Notes: generated from the sequence alone by a model not told the origin. A DNA stretch of 64,000 bases from Marsupella aquatica (GCA_973895155.1 OZ316899.1:3803455-3867454); one strand, 5' to 3'; positions 26,271-39,236 are shown, numbered from the stretch's first letter. Numbers and translations: made by a program.

Positions 26271-27755
26271 AGTGGTGGACCTTGCCACCCAGCGCCCTCA
26301 CCAATCCCAACACTCACGCCTAAGTGCCCCTAGTGCCCGAACACCTCCACGGAATACCTCGAGCAAGCACCCTAGTGCCCCTTGCACCACCAACGGCCCC
26401 TCCCATACAAAGCCGCACTTGCTCACCTACACGACCGCTGCTCAACGGTCCTCGTTGTCTGCACAAGCAACCAAGCACCTCGATAAGTAACCCTTCAGGA
26501 TCTAGAACTTGCCAAGTCTAGCATCCTAACTCAAGCTCAATAGACATTGGTAAATAGGTCAGCGATAGGTCCTCCCGATGCCATAATCCGGAACCAGAAC
26601 CCACGCCCACTGTTTGTCCAGAACAACTCTTTCTTTGGGTGCAGCCCGGGTTCCCCCTCGTACCTATCCATCACCAACTGACCGCCCTGACCTCAGGACA
26701 TGCTCATGGCCCAAATAGCGTAGCTTGTCCTCAAGCTTGTCCCGACAGGCTAGGACCAGAATGGCCCCGTCTCTAGCAACCAACTCCCGATTTGCCTCAT
26801 TGACGGTCTAGGGATCGAGCACTCTTGGAACTCAACTTCCACACCTACTTGGCCTTGCCTCCCCAACGTAAGCTCCCTTGGGAGACTGAACGCGGCTTGG
26901 CTGCTGTTCGGCAGGATTTGGCAAGCGGGCGAGTTAACACCTGCAAACCTCGAGATACCATGGTGCCCCCAGACCCATATGAACTCAGGAGGGCATAGCC
27001 TTCCTTGAGAGCTTTCCAATGCACCCAAGAAGTCCTCAAATGGACTTCCCGTTGGGAAGATATCGCCGTTTCCGTTTGGCGATTTCCCTTAGTGTCACGA
27101 CCGCCGCGGCTCACAACTTCGGCTCGCCCTTAGTCCCCAGGGAGACACCACTCACCTCATATATGCTTCTGGAGACCTGCCACCCTCGGACCAGCTTTGG
27201 TCCCTAAACATTTGGCCCCCAACCCGGATCCTATCGCGCATAATGGGCGCGCACCAACTGGCAATGCCCATAATTCTCTCGTTAGGCATCCGCAAGCGGA
27301 GTGCCTTAGCCCGTTGTGATTGGGCCGACCCAATGCTCATGCCTAGGCCCTCAGGTCTCATTGCCGCTCGGGGCCCCCCGATCGGCCCAACCCGGATCAG
27401 GCCATAACTTGCGCCCCAAGCTACCGTTGCCCATGGCGTCAACTCCATGGGCCTTGGGCCCAAGAGGAGCTCACACCCAAGTCCTCAGAACTCAAAGTCC
27501 ATCCGGAGGTCCAAACGGTCGTCCTTGAGCCTTGCCCATTTCCCCTTGACCCGACCAGCTCTCAGCTAGCCCAAGTCCTTAGTGTGTGTCACCAGCTTGG
27601 CTCCTTGCCTTCGCTAGCGCCATGTCTCGTCGCTCACAAGTCTCCCCATTCTAAGTCCTCCCCGGATGGCCTATCCGGGCCTGGACCGTAAGGGAGCTCG
27701 GCGTCGAAGTCAGCGACGCTGGAGCTAAGTGTTAAGGTAGTCGAGTTCTGCAACT
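26271..27755 (+). mobile_element. Repeat family B, copy 3 (1485 bp), inserted in the MULE transposase
   Basis: AGTGGTGG...GCAACT; flanks TATCC | ATCC (4-bp match, or 5-bp TATCC sharing the terminal T). Confidence 0.9.
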
Positions 27756-27960
27756 ATCCTGAATTCCGTTGCGTCAATGCTTCAGAGACTTTTGGGGATC
27801 CAAAAATAGCAAGGAACACAACTTTTGGGACCCCTGTCGGAGTTCCCTCTCCTCGAGTTACCATATTTCAAATGACAATGGTGATGATGCGAGTCGTAAT
27901 TCAGATGATATCGACTAGACGGGGACTCAACCTGGCATCCTAAGCGGAGCAGGAGAGGTG

Positions 27961-30900
27961 TGTGAGCCGCTCAATTAGTGGGTTAAATTAGTTTTAGGTT
28001 AGATTTTTTCTTTTTTGTTCTAAGTAAGCATATTATGCCTGTAAATGAGTGAGAAGTAGAAGTGAAACTGAAGTAAACTCTCTTCAGTAAAGCAGAGTAA
28101 GAAAGTTTCATTAGTTTAAACCACGGTTAACTTAATAGTGGATTAGTGGATTAGATAGGTAATCAGATCCTTAGAGTTTGTAATTTAGGCTGAGATTTTT
28201 TCTGAAGGTTCTAGGCAGGCCCTGGAGAACCCTTGTAAAAGTGCAAGTCATTTTGACCGTTCAATTAGAAGCTATTTACAATGGAACAAAACTTAAAATA
28301 GCCAACTTGCAGGACCTAGGGAAAATATCCAGAGAGCAACAAATGTATTTTGAAGGCTAGCCATGGTGTTACTATACCTAACACTATCCCTTAGAATTAC
28401 TAACCCTAGTTTTGGACTTATAGATACTTTTTGGGAGTGGTCCGAATTCTGTAAAAGTAGCTATGAATTATGACGGATTGCAGACTTTGAACAATTATAG
28501 GAAAGCTAAGTTTAGTTATATATTCATTCTAAGAATTGTTTTAGGAAGCCCTAGGGCTAGGAAAGCCAGGAGTATGTTTATAATAGTTTTGTTTGTTATG
28601 AGTGAGTTTTGAGCTATAGGCGAAGATGGCTAATGTTAAATGCCATAAGTAGCACTTAAAGGGAGACTTAAAGGGAGGAATGTTCTTTGTGCATACAAAG
28701 GGGTAATTCAGCTGCGTAGAGAAACGTGGTGGACTCATTTACATATGTAAAGGGCAGGGTTACAATGTAAAAGAGCTAGCTAAGGCCAGGTGTCCAGCCC
28801 AGAATTCAATAGGACAAAAATCAAAGTGAAATTGAAGGGAGAATGGAGCCCAACGCTACAGCTGAATGGAGAGCCAATACTCCACCAAATCAAGTAAGAA
28901 GAACTGGGCTGGAATGCTGGGCTTAAGGAGAATCAGAAGACCTGAACTAGAAGAGAAAATTCTGGAGCACGAATTAAAGGAGGAGATAGAAGGGAAAGCA
29001 AAGGCTGGAAGGGAAATTAATAGAGAAGATTGAAATTTCTGAATCAAAGAGAATATTTTACAGAAAGGAGAAGTCATCGACTGCTAACAAGGGGGCTCTT
29101 CAGGGGAAATCAACTTGCACCTTCTATAGGGGAACTTCGAGGTGGCAACCGTGGACAGCTAGAAGACCATTTCCTCAGCTAGGGCGATTGACAAGAAATC
29201 TGAGTTGTGGCCCCTAACTTCAGGAATTGAATGCAGGATCAAGTCCATAGATAGATTTCTGAAATTAGAATGGCTGCTCTTTGGACTCACAAATTGAATG
29301 CTACCAAGGTCAACCGACAATCGATAGAAGAACACATGGAAGGGAGATATTTTTGTGAGAATGAAGGGCTGGTTTGAACGGAAGCACTGGCCAGACTTCC
29401 TTCAAATAAGCCATGACCCCTTCAAACGAGATCAGTTCTCTAAGTCCTAGCTTAGTTCTCTCCTTGCTCCAAACTGGATCAAGCAGTCGACTCTACCATA
29501 GATTGGAAGCATTCATTCTCCTATTTCCACAAGTTCTTTCTCTCCGCTCACCCATGCACTTACTATCAAGACCAGGGGACTTACAGGAGTACTGAGCCTT
29601 TACGTTTGTAGTCTCACGGGGTTACTATTTGGCTTTGTACACCTGAGTTTACACAGGCAGGGTCAGGCAAACCAAGTTTACACAAGTACCTAAGCCTTGA
29701 GATAAGGCTGACACTAGTTTAAAGTGATGATATTGATGGGTTCTGCTGAAACCTGAATAACTCGCTCAGTTTAGACTCAATTGAAGTACTTTTAAATGCA
29801 TTGGAAAGCTATTGACGGTGGCTAGAGGCTGGCACAAGCTAGGAGGATTGGGAGTTCATTAAGATTCTCCTGGAAATCAGGTTCTATAACAGTTTGATTT
29901 TGCTGGCTACTTGAGAGGTTTCGATCGTGGTTACGCTCTAAAAGTCAAGTGGGACTACAATCAAAGTGCATGGCTGATCCCAGAGTTCCTGATCCAAGAG
30001 GGCTGCCTGATCAGCATTTTCCTCCCCTGGTCCACAAGGCTAAGTTCACCTTGTGGAGTAAGCATGGGAGAACACATGCTGGCCCCAACATTTGGCTGGC
30101 CCAATACCTAGCTTGCTCAAAGGTGGACAAGAGGGGCAGAAGTTCAAATCTGAGGGCTTTCACCAAGGTGTACCTCAAGCATTTCAGAGAGGACAACCAG
30201 ATTACCAAGCCACTTACTAGTACGGTAAGGAAGTACCATGCTTGGGTCATTCGCAAGGCCCTAATCGGATGGGTGAGGCCTGGAGAAGGGCTCTTTCATG
30301 TCAAGGGGACCTAGGCTGATTCTGTAGTCCAGGAATGAGGTGGTTAAGGAGTGGAGCCCTTAAAGCCAACATGAAGGGTACCTAAGGACCTGAGTTACAT
30401 GGAGACTTTGGAGGAACTTGGAGGGCCATTGGAAGTTGATCCCTCTACTATTTTTAGAGCTATTTGGTAGATAGGGATGACTGTACTTTGGAGGCTGACT
30501 TAGTCCCTGATTTGGAGGGATAGGACAGCCAAGTCAGGAGGTGAGGTGGACCTGAAGGAAGGGCTGAAATCAAGGAGTTGATTTAGGCTTTCAAAAGGTC
30601 ACCAACTAGCTCATTAGTTAGGTAAGACAAACAAGTGAGTTAGTGAGATAGTTAGGAGGATAAGTAAGGATCTTTGACCCCCTTGAAAGGTGGGCTGGTC
30701 TTTTTTTAGTGGTGAGTCACTTGCTGGCCTTTGGGTGGTTTTGGACTTTGTGATGAGTTGGAGCCAAGCAAGGAGTACTTCAGTTGGTGTGAGTTACTTT
30801 GTGTGGGTCCAAGTATGGAGAATCAAGGAGTAGCACTAAGAGACCTTAGGGGAACTAAGGTAGATGTTCTAGGGGTACTAGAACTCAAGTGTATGCCTTG

Positions 30901-31376
30901 AGGCTTGAAAGGACCATAGTGTTAAGTAGTAGGAGTTGAAGAAGCCAAAGTATAGCAAGTAGGTAGTGACAACCTACCCATGTACTTCCTTTGAAATTCT
31001 TATGAAATTTCAGCGCGTTTATGGGAAAGAAATTGTTGATGTGCACTCATCTGAAATCTTGAGGCCCTTGTGGTCTAGCATGTTGCTTATATGATCTTTG
31101 TTAGTCCATAAGTCTTTTCTTTGGGTAGGGGAGACCTAGATTAATTGTCTTGCCGGGTAGGGGGACATTTCCAATGGTGGAAACCAAAGAATACTCATTT
31201 CTGGTGACGGAAACCAACTACATCTGCACAGTCTCAAGGAGAAGCAAAGGCTTAATGGAAATAGAGGTAGTTCCTTCTTATGGAGCATCCCTCCCGTAGT
31301 TCCTGGTGATAAAGAGCTATCAATTGCAAGCTTTTAGTACAATAAGGCTTATTAGCTCAAAAACAAGGGTCTAACA
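27961..31376 (+). mobile_element. Solo-LTR-like element D (3416 bp) with degenerate internal coding sequence
   Basis: TGTGAGCC...GGTCTAACA with 5-bp TSD AGGTG (27956-27960, 31377-31381). Removal restores the transposase frame AGEVLDLFATD. Confidence 0.9.
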
Positions 31377-32996
31377 AGGTGTTGGACCTGTTTGCAACGG
31401 ATCGGTTGAACAAAGTGTTTTTGGAAGAGATGAATGTCGCAATCTCATCAAGGAGACTGGATGTAAATCCGCGCAAGCAGGAATCGTTGGAGTCGCCATT
31501 CATGGGTTGCAATTATCGCCTCCACACTGCCAGTTGTTGTACTTTTGTCCAAACAATAAGTGTCACAAGAGCCGAGGACGCATAACTCTAGCTCAACTTC
31601 CCCCCCCCCCACCCAAGTCGCTCAAGGTTCAACGTGGGACTTGTTGTGCCCATCCCGAGATAGATTTCCTGCTCAGATTAGGATTCCAGATCAGTGGACT
31701 GTCCTATGTTGATGCAAAAGAAGTTGGGGAGTTCTCCTCCCCCAACCAGGTTGACCTACAAATTTATGTTAACTCATTCCTGGAACGAATTGATCTAACT
31801 AATGTAGACCGTTGGTTGAAAACCCAGAATGGTAAGGGTGCATGATTGCGTTTCAGCAAAACTCTAGAGTTACTCAAGCACATCATTTCTGCAACACAAG
31901 AGTACATGAGAGTTATTGGAAATGAGAAGGTAAGCACCAAAAATGGATGGGGTTGGCGATACTTGATCGCCACTCATGAGACTGATTCACAAGTTCCGCA
32001 CACATATTGGGTGCAAATTTGTTGTTTCTCTTTGTGTTCCTGTGAAGACTTTTATAAGAGGCATACACGAGGGAAACCGTACATGTATGTCTTGTAAACA
32101 TCTGTTTTGGGTGTATTTAAACAAGTTTTCACTCAATCTAGAAAGGGACGACCTTGTCAAACAGCGAATTCTGACTGTTGGCAAAGTGAGGAGTTGAATT
32201 CCGTTACAGATTTGGGGACTAGTCGTTTATTGGAGTTGCTAATTTTAGATTGGTGGAAGAGGATTCCTTGAGGTATGGATTTGACAAATACCAATATGTT
32301 TTGAACTTTAAGAAATAAATTGTTTGACTTGTCTCCAATTCCCTGGGAATATGGTTTACAAGTTTTTCACTCTGATTCTCTGTATGGCCAAACTCATGTT
32401 CTAGTTCAACTGGTTCCTTCTTTTGTAATGCTTTAGAACCTGAGTCAATATCCTGAATGTTAGCAAGGTTCTATAAAAAAATAGTTTATAGGGTTTTGGG
32501 TTCTGTATTTTAGGCTAGCAATCTCGCTAGTCTGTGAAACTCTCCAAATGAGATACAATTTTCAAATTTGAGAGAAGATACAATACAAAGTACTAAACAA
32601 CCTTCAAGTTCTAGGCTGGGAAATGAGTTTAGTGTAGTGGTTATAGTCCTCCTCTATTGACTACATATTCTAAACTTAAACCTGTAACAGATTAAACTTG
32701 GCGACTAGGATCTGTATGGTTGAAATTGGAATGATTGAAATGATGTCAGTATTATACTAGCGGTCTCGCTAGTCTAATAAGGGTCAATGTTTGTCTCTCT
32801 AAGAAGAGACGTGTTCAAAGATAAAGCGGTGCAGAAGATGGAACGAAAGAGGCAAAGTCTTGTCGTTTGGGTCATCCATGGACAAAATAGACAAGACAGA
32901 ATCACATGAACTTTATTTCAAATACATATTGAGAGTACATGTGATGCTTTTGTCAACAGGGAAGAGGTCCGTAAACCCTACAAATTGAGTCTCTTC

Positions 32997-33903
32997 TCAG
33001 GAGGTGGCGGCCTTGTAAGCATCAGAGTCTATGTCTAACTCAAAATCGTAATCCGGAGAGGCAAGGCAATCCTTGGTCCAGTAGTCATGGATCTCCCATT
33101 CAATCCAGTACTGCTCCTCTTCTGCAAGCCTCTTCCTCTTCGCTGTGGCCTCGCATTGTATCACATCTACCTTTGGCTTTGTTGGAGACTTCATTGGTTG
33201 ACCTGACTTTGGTGGCGAGGGTGTTCGCCTCAACAATAATGAAGTTCCAATAGATGGATCTTTCTGAACAAGTGCAATTAGGACACTGCTACCCGCGGAG
33301 ACCTTGCAAGTGTTTGCATTGGCTTGACGCTTTGGCGAAGAGTCATCTTCCAGAGGGCCATCTGTCGCCGGGTTGTAACGCCGGACCTCAAGTTGCCATT
33401 TACTATTAGGAGGATTTGTTGGAACTCCAAACATTTCTCTGTACTTAAAATAACAGAACACTGATCAAAAATGAACTCCACTAGTGAAATGCAAAGCGTT
33501 TCCAGACTGAAAAAGATCAAATGCCTTCACGGAGAGTTCTTGGCTGGAATAACATTCAATGCCATAGCAAAGAGACTCATACCCAAACTTGAGTTGAGTG
33601 AGCGTTGAGGACTTGCAATACTAAGAGACAGTGTCGAAGACTTTGTAGGTTCCAAATCTGCAAGTAAAGACGACCTTGAGACAGAGGAAATGATTGGGAG
33701 AACGCTTCCAAAGACTGGAGGTTTTGGGGTGACAGGCTTTGCTTAAGTGGAGGGTTTGCCTTGGGTTTGGAATGGTACTTCTCCCGTTCACTCGCATGTG
33801 ACATGATTTGGTTCCAAACGGCCTTAATCATCCGTGACTCATCACTAATGAAACACGGATTCTGGTCACACGGGTTATGAGCTGGATGTTTCCGTTTGTG
33901 CAT
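32997..33903 (-). pseudogene. Unknown gene remnant
   Basis: Adjacent ORFs 33577-33903, 33278-33520 and 32997-33461 on one strand; no recognised motif. Confidence 0.3.
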
Positions 33904-34739
33904 TGTCTAGGGTGGGATATTTCCCATGTGGGAGCCCGTACCTCATGTGAGTGACCCAAAGTGTGAGCGCGATTGGACTAGCATTTTTGCTGGCCTGAAG
34001 CAAATGTCCTTCTTAGTGATCTGAGATGGAGGTGAAAACAGGTGGCAGGAGTTGTCGAGTAAAAATTGGTCCTAAATTTTGGTCCTAGTACATTCAGGTG
34101 ACGAGAACATGCTCAAGTTTCACCATTTCCTTGTCCTTTTTGGATGGACAAAAGGTGTCTTCATGCTAGCGAGGAATTTTCCGAACCTGATTTTGGGCCC
34201 CAATAAAAGGGGAAAACTTGCCTATGCGAGCAAAAATTCTACAGTTTGCTCGCACGTTACAATTACCCACACCATAAGGGTCAATCCCTGGGCCCTCAGC
34301 TTACGTAATCCCGGAAACACGTGCGCCCGCTTGATGGGTATTTTTTATCCATTTCCTTCTAATAATTATAAGTCAATTAGAACCAACCAACCCCACAACT
34401 TTATACAAAAATGGGTTTATAAGGAAGAAGGGTATTTCCAAAATAGTGGCATATTAACTCAGCCGAACGGGTCCTATAATGTATGTGACACGCGTCATTG
34501 TATAAGGGGTCCACATGGCAAGGTCTCATTGGAACACGTGGCAATGACTTATGTTTCCAAAGTTTGGGGTGTGCCTATCCTAAGGTATAATAGTTTTGGG
34601 GGTTAGGGATCGAGGGGGGTAAGTTTAGTAGAGGCAAACGGGTTCAAGATATTTTTGGGGTTTTGACCACCCCATCAATCCCCTCCCATCCCCGCTAGAG
34701 AACCCTGTTCGAACCCTCATTTGGAAGAGTTTAGGGTTG

Positions 34740-35619
34740 TTTAGGGTTTCTCATACCCTGCTTACGCAATTCCCGCCGGGATTCCTGCCTTTGAGCCCAC
34801 CTTTGATCCTGCCTTTGGTGCTTGCGTGGGTGCTTGTCGATTGCTCATGCCCCTTTGTCTGCCATAGCTACCGTCCCTTGCGGTGCCCCCCGTTGTTGCC
34901 TTGTTGAAGCTTGTTGTTGTTGAGCTCCCAGTCAAGCTCCAACATTACTTGTCTGCCATCACAATCACCACTGTTGCACAAACTGTACCCACAACGCACT
35001 TTGGTAAGCTTTCATCGGGGCTTTCGTTCTCTTTCTCGTACCTCTTCTTGCATCCTGCTTTCTTGATTTTTGCATCCGTTTGCCCTTCCATTTGCTTGAA
35101 TGTGTGTTGCAATGCTAGGTTGCGCTGCCTCCCCGGCTGCCTCACAATCCAAGGAACTTAGAAGCCCGCTTAGAAGTCCATACTTGCATAGCTTGCCCGA
35201 TAGGTTGGATCAAGAAGTAATGGAAACATTGATGTGTTTTGGGATGTTTTTACAGATGTGTGCCAGAGCTTGCTTGTCTTTGCTTAGCATAGCCAGTCGG
35301 GGAGCAAGTTGACACGTTCTGGTCCCAACATTCTGCAGACAGAGCGGAAGGCGGAGCGGGGATCTAGGGCCGTGGGAGTTGAAGCGGGAGCGAGAGCAGA
35401 ACCAGGAGAGGAACCAGGAGAGGAACCAGGAGAGGAACCAGGAGTTGAAGAAGAGAAGTGGACATTACACCCCGCATTGGACACCCGACTTGACATTGGC
35501 CTTTCTTGCCTTTGGCAAACTCTAAAATTGCTCCTAGTTGTTCCTTGCGGCCTGGCTTGCAGCTCTTCAGCCCTTTGGTAAGCTTCTGATCTCGAATCCG
35601 AATCTTCATGACATTCCAT
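34740..35619 (-). pseudogene. Unknown gene remnant with low-complexity PGSS repeat and Cys-rich segment
   Basis: The frame of ORF 35284-35619 appears to continue past stops (KVRCGYSLCNSGDCDG); 12-bp repeat at 35399-35444. Confidence 0.3.
35399..35444. repeat. 12-bp tandem repeat GAACCAGGAGAG, about 4 copies
   Basis: Directly visible. Confidence 0.95.
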
Positions 35620-35934
35620 GTGCTAGTAAGAACTACATAAGTCGATGTCGTGTTGTCTGGTCAATGTATGCTGACAGTCAGGCTTATGATTCTTGAACTT
35701 ATTTGTGAACGTGATAGGGAATCCATGAATGTGACATTATTGGCTTTTGTAATCCAAGTGTGGGTCCCAGGATTTTGCGGAAGAAGTGGGGACAAGACCT
35801 AGCCATAAACTTCCAAAGTTTAAGGAAGACCAAGAAGCTAGCGGGGAAGCAAGTCTAGAAGGAAGACGAGTACTGGGGTAAAATCTTAACTTATCTTATT
35901 GCTTCTGCATTAGAACATTGTCTTTGAGGGTTTT

Positions 35935-36255
35935 CACCGTGACAGCAAATAGCAAACAGATCTACTGTTACGAGCAAAAATTTACTGTTACGAGCAAACT
36001 ATACAATCTAAAAATATGTCATTAAAGTCACAATTTTCAAAATAATTTAAAACATGACAATGTTTTGCTAGTGTAAGGCAATACTATTACTAGCTCCGGG
36101 CGCTAGCCAAAAAAAATCGACTCACAAAAAAAATTTAATATTTTTCCCCCCCAAAAATTCCAAATTAACAAAAAAACAAATTCCAAAAAAAATTCCAAAA
36201 TTTTTACCACCCGTTTGCTGTTACGAGTAACTGTTTGCTATTTGCTGTCACGGTG
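35935..36255. mobile_element. 321-bp MITE with 25-bp perfect TIRs
   Basis: CACCGTGACAGCAAATAGCAAACAG (35935-35959) and its reverse complement (36231-36255); TTT on both flanks (3-bp TSD candidate); A-rich interior. Confidence 0.9.
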
Positions 36256-36523
36256 TTTATACCCTTGTCTTCTAGAGCATTCACTTTCCGCTAGCAGTCG
36301 GGCCATTTGTCTAGCATAGTTGTTTTGGTTTACTAGACATGGACATGGACAATCATTGGTGACATACTGGAATTCCTGGCAGGGAGCTCAAAGACACTGC
36401 ATACTTTGAAGGTCGTCGGTTGCTGTATGGGTGGCGCTTCAGATTAATTGCCACTGCCATCAATTTGAGGTGGAGCTTGTTTGCGAGTAAGACACTTGTA
36501 GTTGTAGTTGTAGTTGATAGGTT

Positions 36524-37310
36524 TTGGTTCTATGGTTTCATCACTTTTTGTGGCTGACATGTGTGCATATATTGCAAGTGGAGCCGGTGGAGTTATCTGT
36601 ACAATTTGACAGATTTTGCTGGCTACATTGCTGGATGAGCACAGGGACGAGCACTGGGACAAGCACAGTGAGTGCCCCAGTCATATTATCGCTGAAGTTC
36701 ATCAATTTCATGAATGTATACCTGCAGGTTGCATTTCTTGTTAGAATGAAGCCCTACCTTACTTTCCTAATGTCAATAATTCCTTGCAGGGGAAGCTCTT
36801 TGAAGTTGTGCAGTCTGCATTATGTGGGGTTGGTGAGACTGTAGTTGGCAAAAATGGTAACTACCCAAAGCCATTATGTAGGTCTCCTATATGAGAAGGC
36901 AGTCAGGTTGCGCACTAAGCTACAAGACTTAGGCATGATTAGAGGGAAAGACCCTCTTGCAATTTATTTTGGCTCTAACCGTCCAACTTTGCTCACGCAA
37001 CGTTCAGCCTGGGCAGATGTTTTGGAGCCAACTTCAATCTATGATGTTAGAGTGTACTAGGGATGGCACCGAGTACATCGTTTTTGCAGGTTGCATCCAT
37101 CCTCTTGACAAGAGGTGTCCAGCATGTGATGTCCAACAAGATGCAGATGTCAAAGTCCGTGAGAATTTTCTTAGATTGTGCTCTTGGCAGGTATGCCAAC
37201 TTTGGAATAGTGACCCGGTTGTGTTAGAATTAGTGGAGCGTGTTCCGCCACGAGTGTGTCTAGCCAAATCACTGGCGGAATGTCAATGTGGAAACAGAGT
37301 AGTTGATTAG
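36524..37310 (+). pseudogene. Unknown gene remnant
   Basis: Frame 36524-37060 has a single internal stop and overlaps the Cys-rich ORF 36957-37310; true frame uncertain. Confidence 0.25.
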
Positions 37311-38429
37311 GTTTTTGTCTAGCGATTGTGGTAGAATTTTGTACTTAGCCTCATGGATAGGCAATTTTGTATGAAGCATTGTGATTCTTGCACACGCTTC
37401 TAAGTTTTGTTTAAATATCTCAACAACATATAAGTTTGTACATGGCAGCATTGATGAAAATGCTCTGAGTTTCTCAAATGTAGAAACGATGATGATCAAT
37501 CCACATACTTTCTGTTGAACAGAAGGTAGGGCACCAAATGCGCCCAATACAGATTGATATGCTTGTGGGCTGAATTGGACAAACATTTACAAACTGGGTA
37601 TGATTGTCTTGCAGTGGGGACTATCCACAACCGTATGCACTTGAAGAACAACGATAATAGTATACCAGGTGTATGCTCAGATTTCTTAACGGTAGTGCTT
37701 GTGGTCATTGTTGCACAGGGGGTGCACAGGTAATTAATTCTCATTTAGTAATTTCATTTGTCATTCACGCATTGTCTTTTTGTTCTAGATGCAAGACTCG
37801 TTTGCAGGGCCAATCAAATTCAAGGAGACCACTGGGGAAGTGACGTCCCTAGTGGAGACTATTGGAATTCATTGCCAGCAGTCTAACGCTCCTTGGAGGA
37901 GAGCGCAGGTTGCCTGTGAGGGGGGGCCTTGGACTTTGCACCCAATGGCATGAGAGAATAGAGCCGAGTCCATCAGGGTTTGGGTGGTCCGGGATTCTTA
38001 CTTGGTTCCGCTGGTGTTGTCGAGTCAGGAACAAGTCAGTCTAGAAGAAACAAGTCAATCACAGGCCACAATACAATCTTGGAGGAGAGAGATTGGAGTG
38101 ATGGGCCTAGCCCCAACTGCACATGGACCAAGCACATTTTTGGGACAAGCTTATTGGGACAAGCTTTTATGGCCATGTGCAGATCCCATACTTTCTTGTG
38201 CTTACGCAGAATCTGGAGTCTTTGCATGCAAAGGGTAAGTCCCTTCCCACCCAAAAGGAGAAAGCTGTAAGGATCTTACACAAGCCATCCCCACGAGAAA
38301 TGGCCGGGATGGGGCAAGGCCCTCGTGGGATTGGCCCAATGGATGCGGTCTCCAGGAGTGTTAATTTAGGTCTGTTTCACTACAATCAATTCTGATCTTC
38401 CTTTCAAATTTGTTGGGTAAGCAAAAACC

Positions 38430-39236
38430 ATGAATTCAGACAGATCCAACCACTTCACGGACTTCAACTCACATGAGGAATTTTCCTGTTTTGAACAGGC
38501 AATGTTGGAGAACCACCAATATCTCCCATGGATAGAACCTCATCATTATGGCAGAGGAGCCCTCTTGGAAGAGCTGAGGAGGCTTGATTCCAGCCTTGTT
38601 ATGCATATCATTGGCATCATTTGTAAGCCATGAGACTTGAATTTATATCACTTTTTTCTTGATGAAGATGTGCGGATGATTTACATCCGTTGGGATCGAT
38701 ATTGTAGTTACAGTAGAAGTATTATTTTACTCCTACTCAAGACAGGTGTCGTGAAGAAACTAATCCTTCACTGTTGTCATGTAGTTGATGACAATCCGTT
38801 GTATGAACCACACTTCTATGCATCCAATAGACAGGCAGCGTTTGATGAGATCCAGGATGTCATTGACAACCTCTTGGATCCTCTTGGCACTGAATTTTTT
38901 GTGGACACCGGTGGGAAATTGTATTCCTACCGGACGAGGCAAATGCCCCCCCGTCCTGTCTGTAGGTTTTTCCCTATTGTTTTTTACTGTGGTCTTTGGA
39001 CCATTTTAATGGCAAATGGGGAGGTGTGTATGTGCTGCACCCGTGCCTGCTGTGACATTCCATCACGCAGATATTCTGTTGCAGTAGTTCATCCCGTTAG
39101 CGCGGAAGTTGAATTTCATTGGCTGTTTGCTTATTCTCATAGGGTGAATCATGTACCCCTTTGGCCTCTCAGAAAGGTTGAAAGAAGGCAACCACACTAT
39201 GAAGATACTGATTGGGAGAGTGATGGCGATGATTAG
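38430..39236 (+). pseudogene. Intronless orphan ORF, 268 codons with one internal TGA; weak F-box-like segment
   Basis: ORFs 38430-38633 and 38637-39236 are in the same frame; RLDSSLVMHIIGIICKP*DL resembles an F-box only loosely; acidic tail. Confidence 0.45.

Larger units (their letters stand above)
23779..32197 (+). pseudogene. Mutator-like (MULE) transposase: WRKY/GCM1-type DNA-binding domain, DDE core, SWIM finger; split by insertions B3 and D
   Basis: One frame from 23779 to about 25420 with four TGA/TAG stops: NDGYPW (24361-24378), CAGVLECQNLVC, C...HMGFHNH, WVSFD (D at 25192), GFIAD (D at 25393), AFHFSQSL. Intron near 25725-25820. SWIM YWVQI..CSCEDF...CKHLFW at 32005-32110. Confidence 0.85.
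15350..32800. mobile_element. Large Mutator-like element, unit 1 (ParB-MTase-fold gene plus divergent transposase); ends not resolved; three LTR insertions inside
   Basis: Gene pair conserved with 42290-48404; no TIR or TSD could be located by eye, so the boundaries are approximate. Confidence 0.7.

Noticed and set aside
36339-37310. Single long frame riddled with C-to-T stops
   Set aside because: About 15 stops in the first 205 codons is no better than random expectation.
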